A program made the translations under genes and the position numbers. From contig CAZSKK010000002.1 of the NCBI GenBank assembly GCA_964607415.1, positions 352,585 to 416,584 of the forward strand: a DNA stretch of 64,000 nucleotides, given 5' to 3'. The stretch comes from an uncultured Candidatus Saccharibacteria bacterium. GTDB lineage: Bacteria > Patescibacteriota > Dojkabacteria > J137. Within the stretch, counting starts at the first letter, position 1. Each line of letters starts with the position of its first letter. The notes beneath the pieces were generated by a model. That model had not been told where the DNA came from. It worked only from the letters and a program-made list of their open reading frames with translations, and ran no database searches. This document shows, piece by piece, positions 9,501 to 18,664 of this stretch.

Positions 9501-10104
9501 GGAAGTTTATAATGAGATTTTATATCAGGCAGTACGAGGTATAAGCGGTAGGATATTCACAAGAACATTTGATGGAGTCAATTGGGCAAGTTGGCAAGAA
9601 TTTGGTGGAGTGACAACTGACTCTATCGAAATGGAGGTTTATAATAGTAACCTATATCAATCAGTCAGAGGTACAAGCGGAAGAGTATTTACAAGATCTT
9701 TTAATGGATCTAACTGGTCTTCTTGGGAAGAAGTAGGCGGATTGATCATGGAAGGAGAGATAGAGCTAAAGGCTTTTAATGGGAATTTGCATCAAGCTGT
9801 AAGGGATTCTTTGCTTACTATCTACACCAGAAGTTTTAACGGAGTTACGTGGAGTTCCTGGCAGCCAGATGGTAGAACTTCAGGAAAAGTTTTAATGGAA
9901 GAGTATGACAGTAGTCTGTATCAGAGTGTTAGAGGTACAAGCGGAAGGATATTTACAAGATATTATAATGGCACAGTTTGGAGCAAATGGGTTGAAAATA
10001 CTGGAAGCTCGCCCGGTAATCCTTCGCTAATAAATTTCAATAATCTACTTTTTCAAGCAATTAGAGGAGACTCGCTTAGAGTTTTTACGAGAAATCTAAA
10101 CTAA
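6541..10104 (+). CDS. Secreted amidase_2 (PGRP-like) + S8 peptidase + 7-repeat beta-propeller fusion
   Basis: Signal/TM; VHHTA, IGYNY, GAHS, GHR..TICPG; S8 triad LDTG/HGT/GTS and AAGN; seven ~44-aa repeats. Confidence 0.9.
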   Translation: MKKITIFFAVVIALGVYFFVEQNYLKIFVHAQEPTSFPQTPLSFPKALDLQRIYKYSEPVYGFYLEGDIVGELDKISAEIKLLNGQVKLISNFKLSDLDIDSRLTANTFYATTQLSTFPEKITEINLIYGGDEDIQVKTVDSDIGNNFIETSALSERALRQKTFFQNMGLNLITREEWGGPETTNWYPQYQSIINQIVVHHTATSVDNNDPANAVRAIYNYHFYRCNDNNGSWNPSDPNARENCNELAEVWEDIGYNYVIDQYGNIYEGRWGGNGVMGAHSWPNNNTIGIAIIGDYTNSMPSNATLESLSNLVGKLAKLNNLNIEPGTSLVGHRHRNYDTICPGDPMLNYLSTLAQKSNQYKDSFTILNNSIQKVNDLLVNRSSDFINPRDGYVQVLIRDNTLDSSTRTFLLSNTPTIENVSSSRGKTVFSISENFLRKFISETLLFSPNAVVQPNFIYKTSSWDNTSPTRAVPSDFNTSTHWYLEKTRTPEAWKELGGCVSNALCGGDPSVVVAVLDTGIAYENFNYDAGGSYILGEFNGLNIEVPTTGTNATYNEGYDRQYQQVPELSNTNFTVASYDASQDFLCMMREGSANPCNAQEIAKIDHANDDQGHGTFVAGVIAANTSDSAPNQVVGIAHNVTIMPVKVFFPNDSSMCYDGLGNNDPSCLPQNAPFSLRSVGSTVMIAWGIDYAVSNGADVINMSLSGSGSDPLVQDSIDAAVAQGVVVVVAAGNNNANVANYFPGNMNNVITVGAVNADNTRSNYSNFGSQLDLVAPVGQSSPGVVGQSYSCSVTDTCFDETNPNLFTAFGSSSSPAQRFGTSFATPQVSAAAALLKSKKTSASASEVESLLKQTAEDVGPVGFDNETGNGILNVDFALKSLWNPWVSSEQQTLMDVAMEEYNGRLYQAVRGVDSRIYIRSTDGNIWTNWQEFGGSTPGNISMITYDGLLFQSVRGESSRIFTRTFNGSSWSAWQELGGLTPGDIEMEVYNEILYQAVRGISGRIFTRTFDGVNWASWQEFGGVTTDSIEMEVYNSNLYQSVRGTSGRVFTRSFNGSNWSSWEEVGGLIMEGEIELKAFNGNLHQAVRDSLLTIYTRSFNGVTWSSWQPDGRTSGKVLMEEYDSSLYQSVRGTSGRIFTRYYNGTVWSKWVENTGSSPGNPSLINFNNLLFQAIRGDSLRVFTRNLN
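9187..10101 (+). repeat. Seven ~132-bp coding repeats (lectin-like propeller blades)
   Basis: WxxWxExGG..MExYNxxLYQxVRGxSxRIFTR repeated 7 times. Confidence 0.9.
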
Positions 10105-10112
10105 TCAATCTA

Positions 10113-10141
10113 TTGACTTAAAGCTTATGCAGTGCTAGATT
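10113..10141 (+). promoter_or_regulatory. Sigma70-type promoter
   Basis: TTGACT-17bp-TAGATT with TG extension. Confidence 0.55.
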
Positions 10142-10181
10142 GTTAGTACCCAACACAATTTTACTTCTTATATCTCTTTAT

Positions 10182-10946
10182 ATGAAGAAAGCTGGTGTGT
10201 TGGTGCTTCTGGTTTTTGCTTCCTTTTCTTATTTTCTAATCTCATCTAAGCCTGTTTGGGCAACGCCAGGAGTTTGGTCTTCCAGTGGGAGTAATATGTA
10301 TTATAACGACGGAGCAATAGGACTTGGAACGTCTACTCCAATTTCAAAGCTAAATATAGTTGGTGGAGCGGATCCAGCTCAAGACTATCATTTGATGACG
10401 TTGGAAGCAATAGAAGATAGAGGATGGAATATTAGTGTTGGCAAATATAACCAGCCCACAAGGGGTAGTTACGCTCTTGTGATTTCTCAACCTGTTTATG
10501 ATGGATGTGCAGGATGTTTGGGGGATATTCAATTCAAGGGTGGAAAAAATTTCAATATAACTATGAATGGGAATGTGGGTATAGGCACAGGCCTACCTAC
10601 TCAGAAATTATCCGTTAATGGCACTGTTCTAGCAAAGGAAGTTATAGTTTCCAGTGCGGCTTCTTATTGGCCTGATTATGTATTTGATAATGAATATAAT
10701 TTAATGAGCCTTGACGATCTAAAAAGTTATGTTGATATGAATAAGCATTTGCCAAATATTCCTAATCAAGATGAAATAGAAAAAAACGGTGTATCAGTAG
10801 GTGAAATGCAAAAATTACAAATGGAAAAGATAGAAGAATTAACTTTGTATATTTTGCAGTTGAAGGAAGAGAATGAAGAGTTAAAAATGCAAAATGAAGA
10901 TTTGAAAAATAGAATTGGTAAAGTAGAATCTTTATTTAATATTTAA
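10182..10946 (+). CDS. Secreted tail-fibre-like protein with WPDYVF/S74-like C-terminal domain
   Basis: Signal peptide from ATG 10182; GNVGIGT..P..KLSVNG repeats; WPDYVF..HLPNIP..GEMQ..KIEELTLY then coiled coil. Confidence 0.75.
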   Translation: MKKAGVLVLLVFASFSYFLISSKPVWATPGVWSSSGSNMYYNDGAIGLGTSTPISKLNIVGGADPAQDYHLMTLEAIEDRGWNISVGKYNQPTRGSYALVISQPVYDGCAGCLGDIQFKGGKNFNITMNGNVGIGTGLPTQKLSVNGTVLAKEVIVSSAASYWPDYVFDNEYNLMSLDDLKSYVDMNKHLPNIPNQDEIEKNGVSVGEMQKLQMEKIEELTLYILQLKEENEELKMQNEDLKNRIGKVESLFNI

Positions 10947-10963
10947 CTTTTACAGTATAAAAC

Positions 10964-11890
10964 ATGAAAAGGCTTTTAAGGCAGCTTGTTTTTCTATTAA
11001 TTATTCTTATCGGTATTGTTATCCCTACAACTCTTGTTAATGCAAAAGAAGGTATTCAAAAAACTGACAATGGTTATTTTGTGAAAAATAATAAAACCTA
11101 CAAAGTCAATTTAAAAACCCTAGAAAGCAAAGAAATTTTTAACCACGGTGGTATTATTTCTAACGACAGGAATAAAATTGCTTATAAGGAATCTAAATGG
11201 AATCCTAAGAAAAAATTATTGATTGCTGATTTAAAGACAAACGAAGTAAATGAAATAGAGCTAAGTTTCGAAAGACAATTTGAGATAGTAAGTTGGTCCC
11301 CTGATGATAAGTATATTATTTTAACTGAACATTCCCACTATGTTGGAGGAACAGTGGCCTATATAATTGATACTCGTACAGGTAATAATATTGTAAAAAT
11401 ATCTACCTTGGGATTAGATTTTATCTGGATTGACAGTAAAAATTTGGCTTACATTGATCCAAATTACGACTGTTTCCAAAGAAAAAAAACAAATGAATGC
11501 TCTCTGGATGCGTTTTTAAAAATATTAAATACTGACAACAAAAATGTAAAAACTGTGCATTCTTTCTTATCTAGTGACGGGATCTCTTTTCAAGATATTT
11601 CTATTGTTGGTGAATCGGGAAATTATGCATTTTTAAAGTTAGGTGAAAGCGAGTTCTTGGAATTTGACAAAATAAAAAATAATATAGCTGACTTAAGAAA
11701 CAACGTTGCAATCAATATTTTCAAGGGTAAGGAAAAGAAAGACTTTAAAAAGATTTTAAACGTAAACGATGAAGTTAGCTTTATTGAAAGCGATAATGGA
11801 CAAGAGAATGGTAAAAGTTTAATTATCTTAGAGAATAATTCAGAAAAAATACTAAAAAAAGTGGAGGGACTATCCAATATACAAATTTAA
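10964..11890 (+). CDS. Secreted TolB-like beta-propeller protein
   Basis: Signal peptide; ISNDRNKIAY and SWSPDDKYI. Confidence 0.65.
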   Translation: MKRLLRQLVFLLIILIGIVIPTTLVNAKEGIQKTDNGYFVKNNKTYKVNLKTLESKEIFNHGGIISNDRNKIAYKESKWNPKKKLLIADLKTNEVNEIELSFERQFEIVSWSPDDKYIILTEHSHYVGGTVAYIIDTRTGNNIVKISTLGLDFIWIDSKNLAYIDPNYDCFQRKKTNECSLDAFLKILNTDNKNVKTVHSFLSSDGISFQDISIVGESGNYAFLKLGESEFLEFDKIKNNIADLRNNVAINIFKGKEKKDFKKILNVNDEVSFIESDNGQENGKSLIILENNSEKILKKVEGLSNIQI

Positions 11891-11900
11891 AATAAAAACT

Positions 11901-12545
11901 ATGAAAAATAAAATATATTTGTCAACAGTTGTTGTATTTGTTTTAACTTTAGTAGTCAGCTTTATTAAAGTTTTGGCCTATACGGATTCATATCCTTACC
12001 CAAATGCAACTCACTGTGGTTGCCAAGTAGATGATTGGGATTTTTTCAAAAGACAATGTACTTCATATGTTGCTTGGAAAGTAAACGAGAGCGGTATAGC
12101 GTTTAGCAACAATATGATAGGGCCAAACGGCCAGCGGGGACAGTTCGCAAATGCGGGGAATTGGGATGATAATGCTTTGAATATTGGTTTTGAAGCTAAC
12201 GCTACACCTGAAGTAGGCTCTATTGCTGTATGGGATCCGCGTCCAGGCTACCCGTACTATATGGATGTAGGCCATGTCGCTTGGGTGGAACAAGTATCCC
12301 CTTCACTGGTAATATCAGAGTATAATTTCAACTATGGAGATGGTAATTATAATGTTCGTACACCAGGATTAAATCCTGATCATTATATACATTTGAATAG
12401 TTCGTGTGGTGGACAAAATATTGAAATTAATAACAAGACAGTCAATGGGGGACAAAGTTTCAATTGTTCTGCAACAAGTAATTTAACAGTTAAACCTGAA
12501 AGCCACTTCCAACTTAATAGTAATGTTCGATTATTTATTAATTAA
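11901..12545 (+). CDS. Secreted CHAP-domain peptidoglycan hydrolase
   Basis: QCTSYVAW, NAGNW, PEVGSIAVW, GHVAWVE, ISEYN. Confidence 0.9.
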   Translation: MKNKIYLSTVVVFVLTLVVSFIKVLAYTDSYPYPNATHCGCQVDDWDFFKRQCTSYVAWKVNESGIAFSNNMIGPNGQRGQFANAGNWDDNALNIGFEANATPEVGSIAVWDPRPGYPYYMDVGHVAWVEQVSPSLVISEYNFNYGDGNYNVRTPGLNPDHYIHLNSSCGGQNIEINNKTVNGGQSFNCSATSNLTVKPESHFQLNSNVRLFIN

Positions 12546-12550
12546 AAAAA

Positions 12551-13111
12551 ATGTTTAAACAAAAAAGAATTTTATTATTTTCAATTTCTGCCATTTTTTT
12601 TCTTATATACTTAACCGTATTAGTTTTTACATGGAAAACAGTAATAAAAAGTGAAAAGAATTCAGGTGAGAGTTCCTCACGAGAGGGACAGCAATTTTTT
12701 AAATATAGTGATCCTAAAGGATTTGAGTACGACTATCCAGAAGAATGGACTTATGCCCAGAGTAGAGAAGGGATAGGATTGATACCCAAGGAAATATGTA
12801 AGATTGATTGTAGTAGAGAAATACTTACCATAGGGGCGAGGATTACTGACAAAGTAGCTATGGATCCTAAGGAGCTTACACTTGCTCAATTTGGTTTGGG
12901 TTTTACTACAGGTGAGTATGTAGAAATTAATAAATTGCCAGCATTTTATGCGATTTTTCAAAGAGATACTTTTACAGATATAACTTATACTATTGTGGGG
13001 AAAAATTTATTTGTTCAAACTAAATTTAGGGTAGAGTTAAGGGAGGGGATAGATACTAGCAAATATAAAGATGATGCAGAATTAATTGTTAGATCTATAA
13101 AATTTAATTAA
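12551..13111 (+). CDS. Membrane-anchored PsbP/Mog1-like protein
   Basis: TM helix; KYSDPKGFEYDYPEEW; C-terminal IVRSIKF. Confidence 0.65.
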   Translation: MFKQKRILLFSISAIFFLIYLTVLVFTWKTVIKSEKNSGESSSREGQQFFKYSDPKGFEYDYPEEWTYAQSREGIGLIPKEICKIDCSREILTIGARITDKVAMDPKELTLAQFGLGFTTGEYVEINKLPAFYAIFQRDTFTDITYTIVGKNLFVQTKFRVELREGIDTSKYKDDAELIVRSIKFN

Positions 13112-13113
13112 TT

Positions 13114-14300
13114 ATGAGATGTACGAATAAAAAATCAATTTTAATCATAATATTTTCCTTATTAATTTTAATAATCATAGTTTTATTTGCCTCTTCTGTT
13201 TATTTTTACCTAAGTAAAGACTATAAAGCTAAGAATTCAGAAAACACTGCAAGCTATCCTGTTAGCGATACTAACCCAACGTCCAAGAATATAAATTTAC
13301 AATCGATACTCCAGAAATGATAATAAGGCCTGAAAAATCAGTAATTGAAGCCAAGTCCTTTCTAGATTCTGCTTACGAAATAGAAGTGAAGGGTATAGCA
13401 GCATCAATAAAAGGGGAAGGTTTTGAAATATATATGTTTTCCAACATGGGAGAAAGTGGAGGTTTTCATAAATCTGTAAGTATTGAATCAATAATTGCGG
13501 AAAATAAATTAGGTGAAAAACTTTTTAAAGTAAAGACAGCACACGAAAATTTGGACGAAAATACTTTAGAAGACCAATATCAGCAATACTATTTCTATAC
13601 TTCCTACTTTAGAACGATGGAGCAATGTGGCAATGTTATGCCTGGCTATGACGGTTGTGGCTCTCTTGGAATGAGTATTGTGACTGAAGGTGATGGGAAT
13701 TATTCCTTCAGTATTTTCTGTGGAGTAAATGATTCAAGTTTAGTTTTGCAATGTGATGAATTTGTCAAAAATCTAGATGTTAAAATTGAAAAAGTTCACA
13801 ATATAGTAGCTTTTAGCCTTGAATACTTAAACCCAAAAGATAACTCTCTTAGTGATAAAAATATAGAGTTGAACGCATACTATACCGATGGAATGAGTTT
13901 AACTGACTCCAAGCCAAACTACGTAATATTGAGACGCTTCGATTTTGCAATTATGTTATTAACAAGTCTCGAAGAAACTTCTTTTGAAGAGACATCCGTT
14001 TTAGAAAATACTGAAATTGCAAACAACAAACTAAACGAGCAAATATTTAGAGTAAAAAGTTTTGATCAATTTACAAATGAGTTTAAAGAACTATTTCATC
14101 AAAATTATATAAATTACTATTTCTATACTTCGGATTTTAAAACTAACGATGCTTGTGGAAAGGAGCAGATAAAATCCTGTGGAAGTAAGTCAGTGGAAGC
14201 TTGGGAAGAACATCCACTGAGAATATACTGTGCATCCAACACAACCGAAGGTGTTAGCGAATGCGATAAGTTTGTGAAGGATTTAGCAGCAAAAAATTAA
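13114..14300 (+). CDS. Cys-rich two-domain membrane-anchored protein split by a -1 frameshift (ORFs 13114-13320 and 13317-14300)
   Basis: ORF1 supplies the TM anchor; ORF2 lacks one and holds an internal duplication (YYFYTSxFxT..CG..CDxFVKxL twice); the -1 frame is open from 13275. Confidence 0.6.
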
Positions 14301-14312
14301 CTATTAAACTTT

Positions 14313-15215
14313 ATGAATAAAATATTTAGAAATAAAAAATTCATGATTGCCATAATTATTTTAATTATAATTTTGGTAGCTTTCCTGATCCTATTCATTT
14401 TAGCTAATAAAGAGAACAAAAATAATTACTCAGGTACTGGAGATTCATTGAATGATAAAAATATCAGCTATCCTATATCCTATGCTAATAATAGTAATTT
14501 AGGTTTAAGGGCCACGGATTATAACTTTGTTAACGAAGGAATGTTTGAAGTGTCAACTTCTACAAATCTTTTTAATGATTGTCAAGGAGATGGGGCGTCT
14601 CCTTTAGCTTCCGTAAATGTTACAAATTACTTCTTTAACCCGAATGAGGACTATGAAGAAACTAAAGAGGAACTAGGCTCAGTTTTCATGTCGATTTTTG
14701 GAGACATGCCTCAATACATAGACAATCATGAACTAATAAAAGCAAATTATGAAGATCTGGTGAGATTATTGAATGAAGGAGAGATAACTACAGATGATCT
14801 AGGTTCGACTATTTATAAAAAAGGCTTTCGTGTGGCTTGTGGAGGTGAGGGACGAATCCCTATTGCTAAAGCTCTAGAATTTAATTACCCCAAAACTGAT
14901 AAGGCATATTTAGTTATAGGTTTTGGAAGTTACCAGTCGACTACAAACTCTAACTGGATGCCTTTAGATTTTAAGTTTGTATCAAAAATTGGTAATAATT
15001 ATTCTGTTGCCACTGCAAATTCCGAATATAAGTACTTTACCCATAGCAACAACTTAGCAAAATGCGAAGAGCCTTCAGGTTATGATTACGATTACATAAA
15101 TACGTTTAGCGAGAATGGGAAAACTTGTGTTATTGATGCACTAGAAAAAGATCTTGATCAATCAAAAATAAATCAGATTATCCAAAAATTTATTACCACT
15201 TTTGCATTGAAGTAG
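14313..15215 (+). CDS. Membrane-anchored hypothetical protein with paired cysteines
   Basis: N-terminal TM; SYPIS motif like the SYPVS of the upstream gene. Confidence 0.7.
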   Translation: MNKIFRNKKFMIAIIILIIILVAFLILFILANKENKNNYSGTGDSLNDKNISYPISYANNSNLGLRATDYNFVNEGMFEVSTSTNLFNDCQGDGASPLASVNVTNYFFNPNEDYEETKEELGSVFMSIFGDMPQYIDNHELIKANYEDLVRLLNEGEITTDDLGSTIYKKGFRVACGGEGRIPIAKALEFNYPKTDKAYLVIGFGSYQSTTNSNWMPLDFKFVSKIGNNYSVATANSEYKYFTHSNNLAKCEEPSGYDYDYINTFSENGKTCVIDALEKDLDQSKINQIIQKFITTFALK

Positions 15216-15277
15216 TTAATGCTTTCTAATATATATTATTGCCTACCAGTACCGTACCCCGCCGGCCCTCACATATA

Positions 15278-15286
15278 TGGTATAAT
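15278..15286 (+). promoter_or_regulatory. Extended -10 promoter element
   Basis: TGgTATAAT ending 63 bp upstream of ATG 15350. Confidence 0.5.
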
Positions 15287-15349
15287 ATACTATTGTGGCC
15301 TTTAAAACCCTTTGTAGCCTAGACTTTTAGTTTTTACTGCCTAAAAATT

Positions 15350-17815
15350 ATGAGGAAGATTTCTATAAGCGCGTTTAGCATTTTAGTGGCACTATTACCA
15401 ATAATTACACTAGCTTCGTACAAAGCAAGTAGTGTATCTGCATACACTTATCAAGATCCATTTCATTCAAATAGTATATGGAACGCACCAATCCCAAGCA
15501 ATGCAGCAGTTGCTTCAAACTCAGCACAAATGATCCAACAAATAAGAAATGAATACGGTGGAACAAATTTACCGTGGACAATCGCAGGTGTGGAGCAGCC
15601 ATGGAGTGTGCCTGTTTACTATGCAGATGCCAATACACCAAGAGTAAGAGTTTGTGGAAGTGATGGCAACTATTGTACAAATAATGTTCCAATTGCACCA
15701 AATTTTTATCCATCACCTGATAGTGATGCAAAAATTGTGATAATAGAAACAAATGCAAATCCACAAAGAGCCTGGAGCTTTTGGAGTTTCCACGCAGGAA
15801 GTGTAAACGGATCGCAGTATATTGCCGATTATGGAGCTTATGGGTGGTCTGATATTACTGATAATGGGGATGGATTAACTTTAAATGATGGAGGCCAATG
15901 GGGCGGAAGAGCAAGTGGTGCAAACTATATTGGCGGTTTAATTGACCCTGAAGAAATTCAGTCGGGGGTTATAGACCATGCTTTGGCTATAAGCTTTACA
16001 GGAGGTGCTGTCAGCGAAAACATCAGATGGTGGCCAGCAAGAGGTGGAGATGGTTATTCAACAAATGCAAATGCGGTTCCATATGGAGCAAGAATACAAT
16101 TAGATCCAAGTTTTGATATAAATACAGTTCCAACAACAAATGGTGCAAGAGCAATTGCAAGAGCTCTTCAAACTTACGGGGCTTGGGTTATGGATACAGG
16201 TGGATCGTTTGCTTTATATGCAAGAGAGTATGTAAATTCAAATGGAACAATAAATAGAACACCATGGAATGGGCTTATCAACGCTTCGGAAATTGAATCT
16301 TATATTCCATGGACAAGTTTAAGAGTATTAACTCAGCAGAATGCTAATGATTTCTATCCGATTAATTCAGGTAATCCTGTACTTACATCTGTAACACCAG
16401 TTCCTACCTATACTAACGATACGACACCAAATTTCACTTTTCATTCAACACAGGCTGGAGCAATAACGTATGGAGGCACTTGTTTAAGTGCAACAACTAC
16501 AGCTGTTTCAGGTAATAATACTGTAACCTTTAACGTTTTGGCTCAAGGAACGTACTCAAATTGTACTGTTAGAGTTACAAATTCCGCAGGAGGACAAAGT
16601 AATATTATTTATGTAAATATTTTTACTATTGATACTACAGCACCGGTGATTTCCAGTAGTGCAACTATTCCAGATGGATATAACCAAACTCCGCCATACT
16701 CATTTAATTCAAACGAGGTTGGGTATACAGTTTGGGGTGGCATCTGCTCAACTACAGATTCAAATGTGGTTAATGGAGTAAACAATAAAACTTTAAACTT
16801 TATTCCACGAGGTACTTACAGCAACTGTACTTTGAGAGTGCAAGACAGAGCAGGTAATTTAAGTAATCAGATAAATATAAATAGCTTTACAATAAATGGA
16901 TGGGATGCCTGGGCATTAAATCAAGGCTCTACTATTTCGCCGCTTACTGCAATAAGTTTTAATAATAGAATATACAACTTTGTTGTAGGTGATAGCACAA
17001 GAATTTACTTAAGAAGTACTGCAGATGGTACTTTTGATAACTCTGAATCGAGAGAATTTTGGACATCTGAGCTGGCAACAGGTGGCCCAGGTGGGAATAC
17101 TAGAAAAGAAATTACTGCGGCAGTACACGATAATCAACTTTACATAGCCGTTTTAGGATCTGATACCGGATATATTTACACAAATACAATGATAAACGAC
17201 GCCTATCCAATGCAATGGTCGGGGTGGTATAGAAATACTCAAGATCTTGGGTCTGGAATTGATTCGGTGGCAATGACAAGTTTTTATAATGGAGTGGATA
17301 CAAGGTTATATCAGTTTGTAGCTGGACAAAGCAAAAATTTGTTCTATAGATCATCGGTAGATGGAATTTTTGACACTCAATCTGAGTACAGATGGTCTAT
17401 ATTTTCGGGATCTAGCAGGGGATCTACACCATTAGCACCTGCTGTGGCAGTACTGCAAAATCAATTGTTCATTAATGTAGTTGGAGATAGTGGAAGAGTC
17501 TTTGTATCTCGAACTTCTGATGGAATGTTTGACGGTGGCGTTAACGAAAATTTTATAGAATCATCGCCAGGGGCAGAAACAAATTTGACTGTTAGTCTTG
17601 CAAGTGATGGAGTAACATTGTATCAAGCTGTTAAAGGAATATCTAACAAAATCTATACAAGATCAAGCAGTGACGGTGTAAACTGGTCTGCTTGGAGTGG
17701 GGTATATGGAGATACGCTGAAAAGAATAGGCATGGTTTCTCATAATAATAGAATATACCAATATGCAATCGGTTTTTCTGGTAATATATATTCAAGAAAT
17801 TACACTATACCTTGA
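15350..17815 (+). CDS. Secreted protein: conserved unknown domain + two Ig-like domains + 6-repeat propeller
   Basis: Signal peptide; PF..NSIWNAPI..IDHALA..WPA..DG..GARIQL..ALQTYGA domain; TNDTTP and IDTTAP Ig motifs; LYQAVKG..KIYTR repeats from 16901. Confidence 0.75.
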   Translation: MRKISISAFSILVALLPIITLASYKASSVSAYTYQDPFHSNSIWNAPIPSNAAVASNSAQMIQQIRNEYGGTNLPWTIAGVEQPWSVPVYYADANTPRVRVCGSDGNYCTNNVPIAPNFYPSPDSDAKIVIIETNANPQRAWSFWSFHAGSVNGSQYIADYGAYGWSDITDNGDGLTLNDGGQWGGRASGANYIGGLIDPEEIQSGVIDHALAISFTGGAVSENIRWWPARGGDGYSTNANAVPYGARIQLDPSFDINTVPTTNGARAIARALQTYGAWVMDTGGSFALYAREYVNSNGTINRTPWNGLINASEIESYIPWTSLRVLTQQNANDFYPINSGNPVLTSVTPVPTYTNDTTPNFTFHSTQAGAITYGGTCLSATTTAVSGNNTVTFNVLAQGTYSNCTVRVTNSAGGQSNIIYVNIFTIDTTAPVISSSATIPDGYNQTPPYSFNSNEVGYTVWGGICSTTDSNVVNGVNNKTLNFIPRGTYSNCTLRVQDRAGNLSNQININSFTINGWDAWALNQGSTISPLTAISFNNRIYNFVVGDSTRIYLRSTADGTFDNSESREFWTSELATGGPGGNTRKEITAAVHDNQLYIAVLGSDTGYIYTNTMINDAYPMQWSGWYRNTQDLGSGIDSVAMTSFYNGVDTRLYQFVAGQSKNLFYRSSVDGIFDTQSEYRWSIFSGSSRGSTPLAPAVAVLQNQLFINVVGDSGRVFVSRTSDGMFDGGVNENFIESSPGAETNLTVSLASDGVTLYQAVKGISNKIYTRSSSDGVNWSAWSGVYGDTLKRIGMVSHNNRIYQYAIGFSGNIYSRNYTIP

Positions 17816-18663
17816 TGGAAACATTACATATATATACCCCAAACTACAAGAACAGGATAAATATTTTTAAGTCAACAATGATGATGATTAGAAATATTTA
17901 TATATCTAAAGAATTGATTCTTGTGCTTTTTCGAAGAGACTTCTTTGCGATATATAAAAAATCTTTTCTTGGTGTGGCATGGGTTCTAATCTCACCTATA
18001 ATTGGTATTGTTTCGTGGGTTTTTATGAATCAAACTGGAATCTTAAACCCAGGTGATATTGGAATCCCTTATCCAGCATTTGTACTCTTGAGCTCGTCAA
18101 TTTGGGGATTATTTATGGCATTTTACAGCGCATCTGCAAGTACTTTGGGAGCTGGTACGGAATTTATCTTACAGGTTAAGTATCCTCATGAATCGTTGCT
18201 TTTTAAACAAATACTTTTAAATTTTACAAACTTTTTAATAGGTTTCTTATTGAATATTCTAGTACTATTGGCCTTTGGTGTTACCCCTTCTGCTTATATA
18301 CTTTTGCTACCTATTTTAATATTGCCAATGTTTTTTTTGGCTGCCAGCCTAGGTTTAGTTATAAGCATGATTTCTATAGTTTCATCTGACATTACGGGTA
18401 TTTTCAATATAGTTTTTAACTTTACTTTTTACCTGACTCCAATAATATATATTTCCAATACAAAAAGTCAGTTATTGCAAAACGTAAATAAATATAATCC
18501 TTTAACTTACTTAGTAGGCAATGTTAGAGATCTAATCCTATTTGGGAAAATGGATAACTTTGAAATATTTCTATCACTAGGCTTGGTATCATTTTTATTA
18601 TTTATAATTTCATGGAGGCTATTCTTTGTATCAGAAGATAGGCTTATTGAAAAAATGATTTAA
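17815..18663 (+). CDS. wzm: ABC-2 polysaccharide export permease
   Basis: RDF..YKKSFLGVAWVLISP, TPIIY, YNPLTY; TGATG overlap with upstream gene. Confidence 0.9.
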   Translation: METLHIYTPNYKNRINIFKSTMMMIRNIYISKELILVLFRRDFFAIYKKSFLGVAWVLISPIIGIVSWVFMNQTGILNPGDIGIPYPAFVLLSSSIWGLFMAFYSASASTLGAGTEFILQVKYPHESLLFKQILLNFTNFLIGFLLNILVLLAFGVTPSAYILLLPILILPMFFLAASLGLVISMISIVSSDITGIFNIVFNFTFYLTPIIYISNTKSQLLQNVNKYNPLTYLVGNVRDLILFGKMDNFEIFLSLGLVSFLLFIISWRLFFVSEDRLIEKMI

Positions 18664-18664
18664 C

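Noticed and set aside
9187-10101. DNA-level repeat array
   Set aside because: Periodicity is explained by protein propeller blades with synonymous divergence
10182-12545. Prophage remnant (tail fibre + lysin)
   Set aside because: Both proteins have signal peptides; no capsid, terminase, holin or integrase
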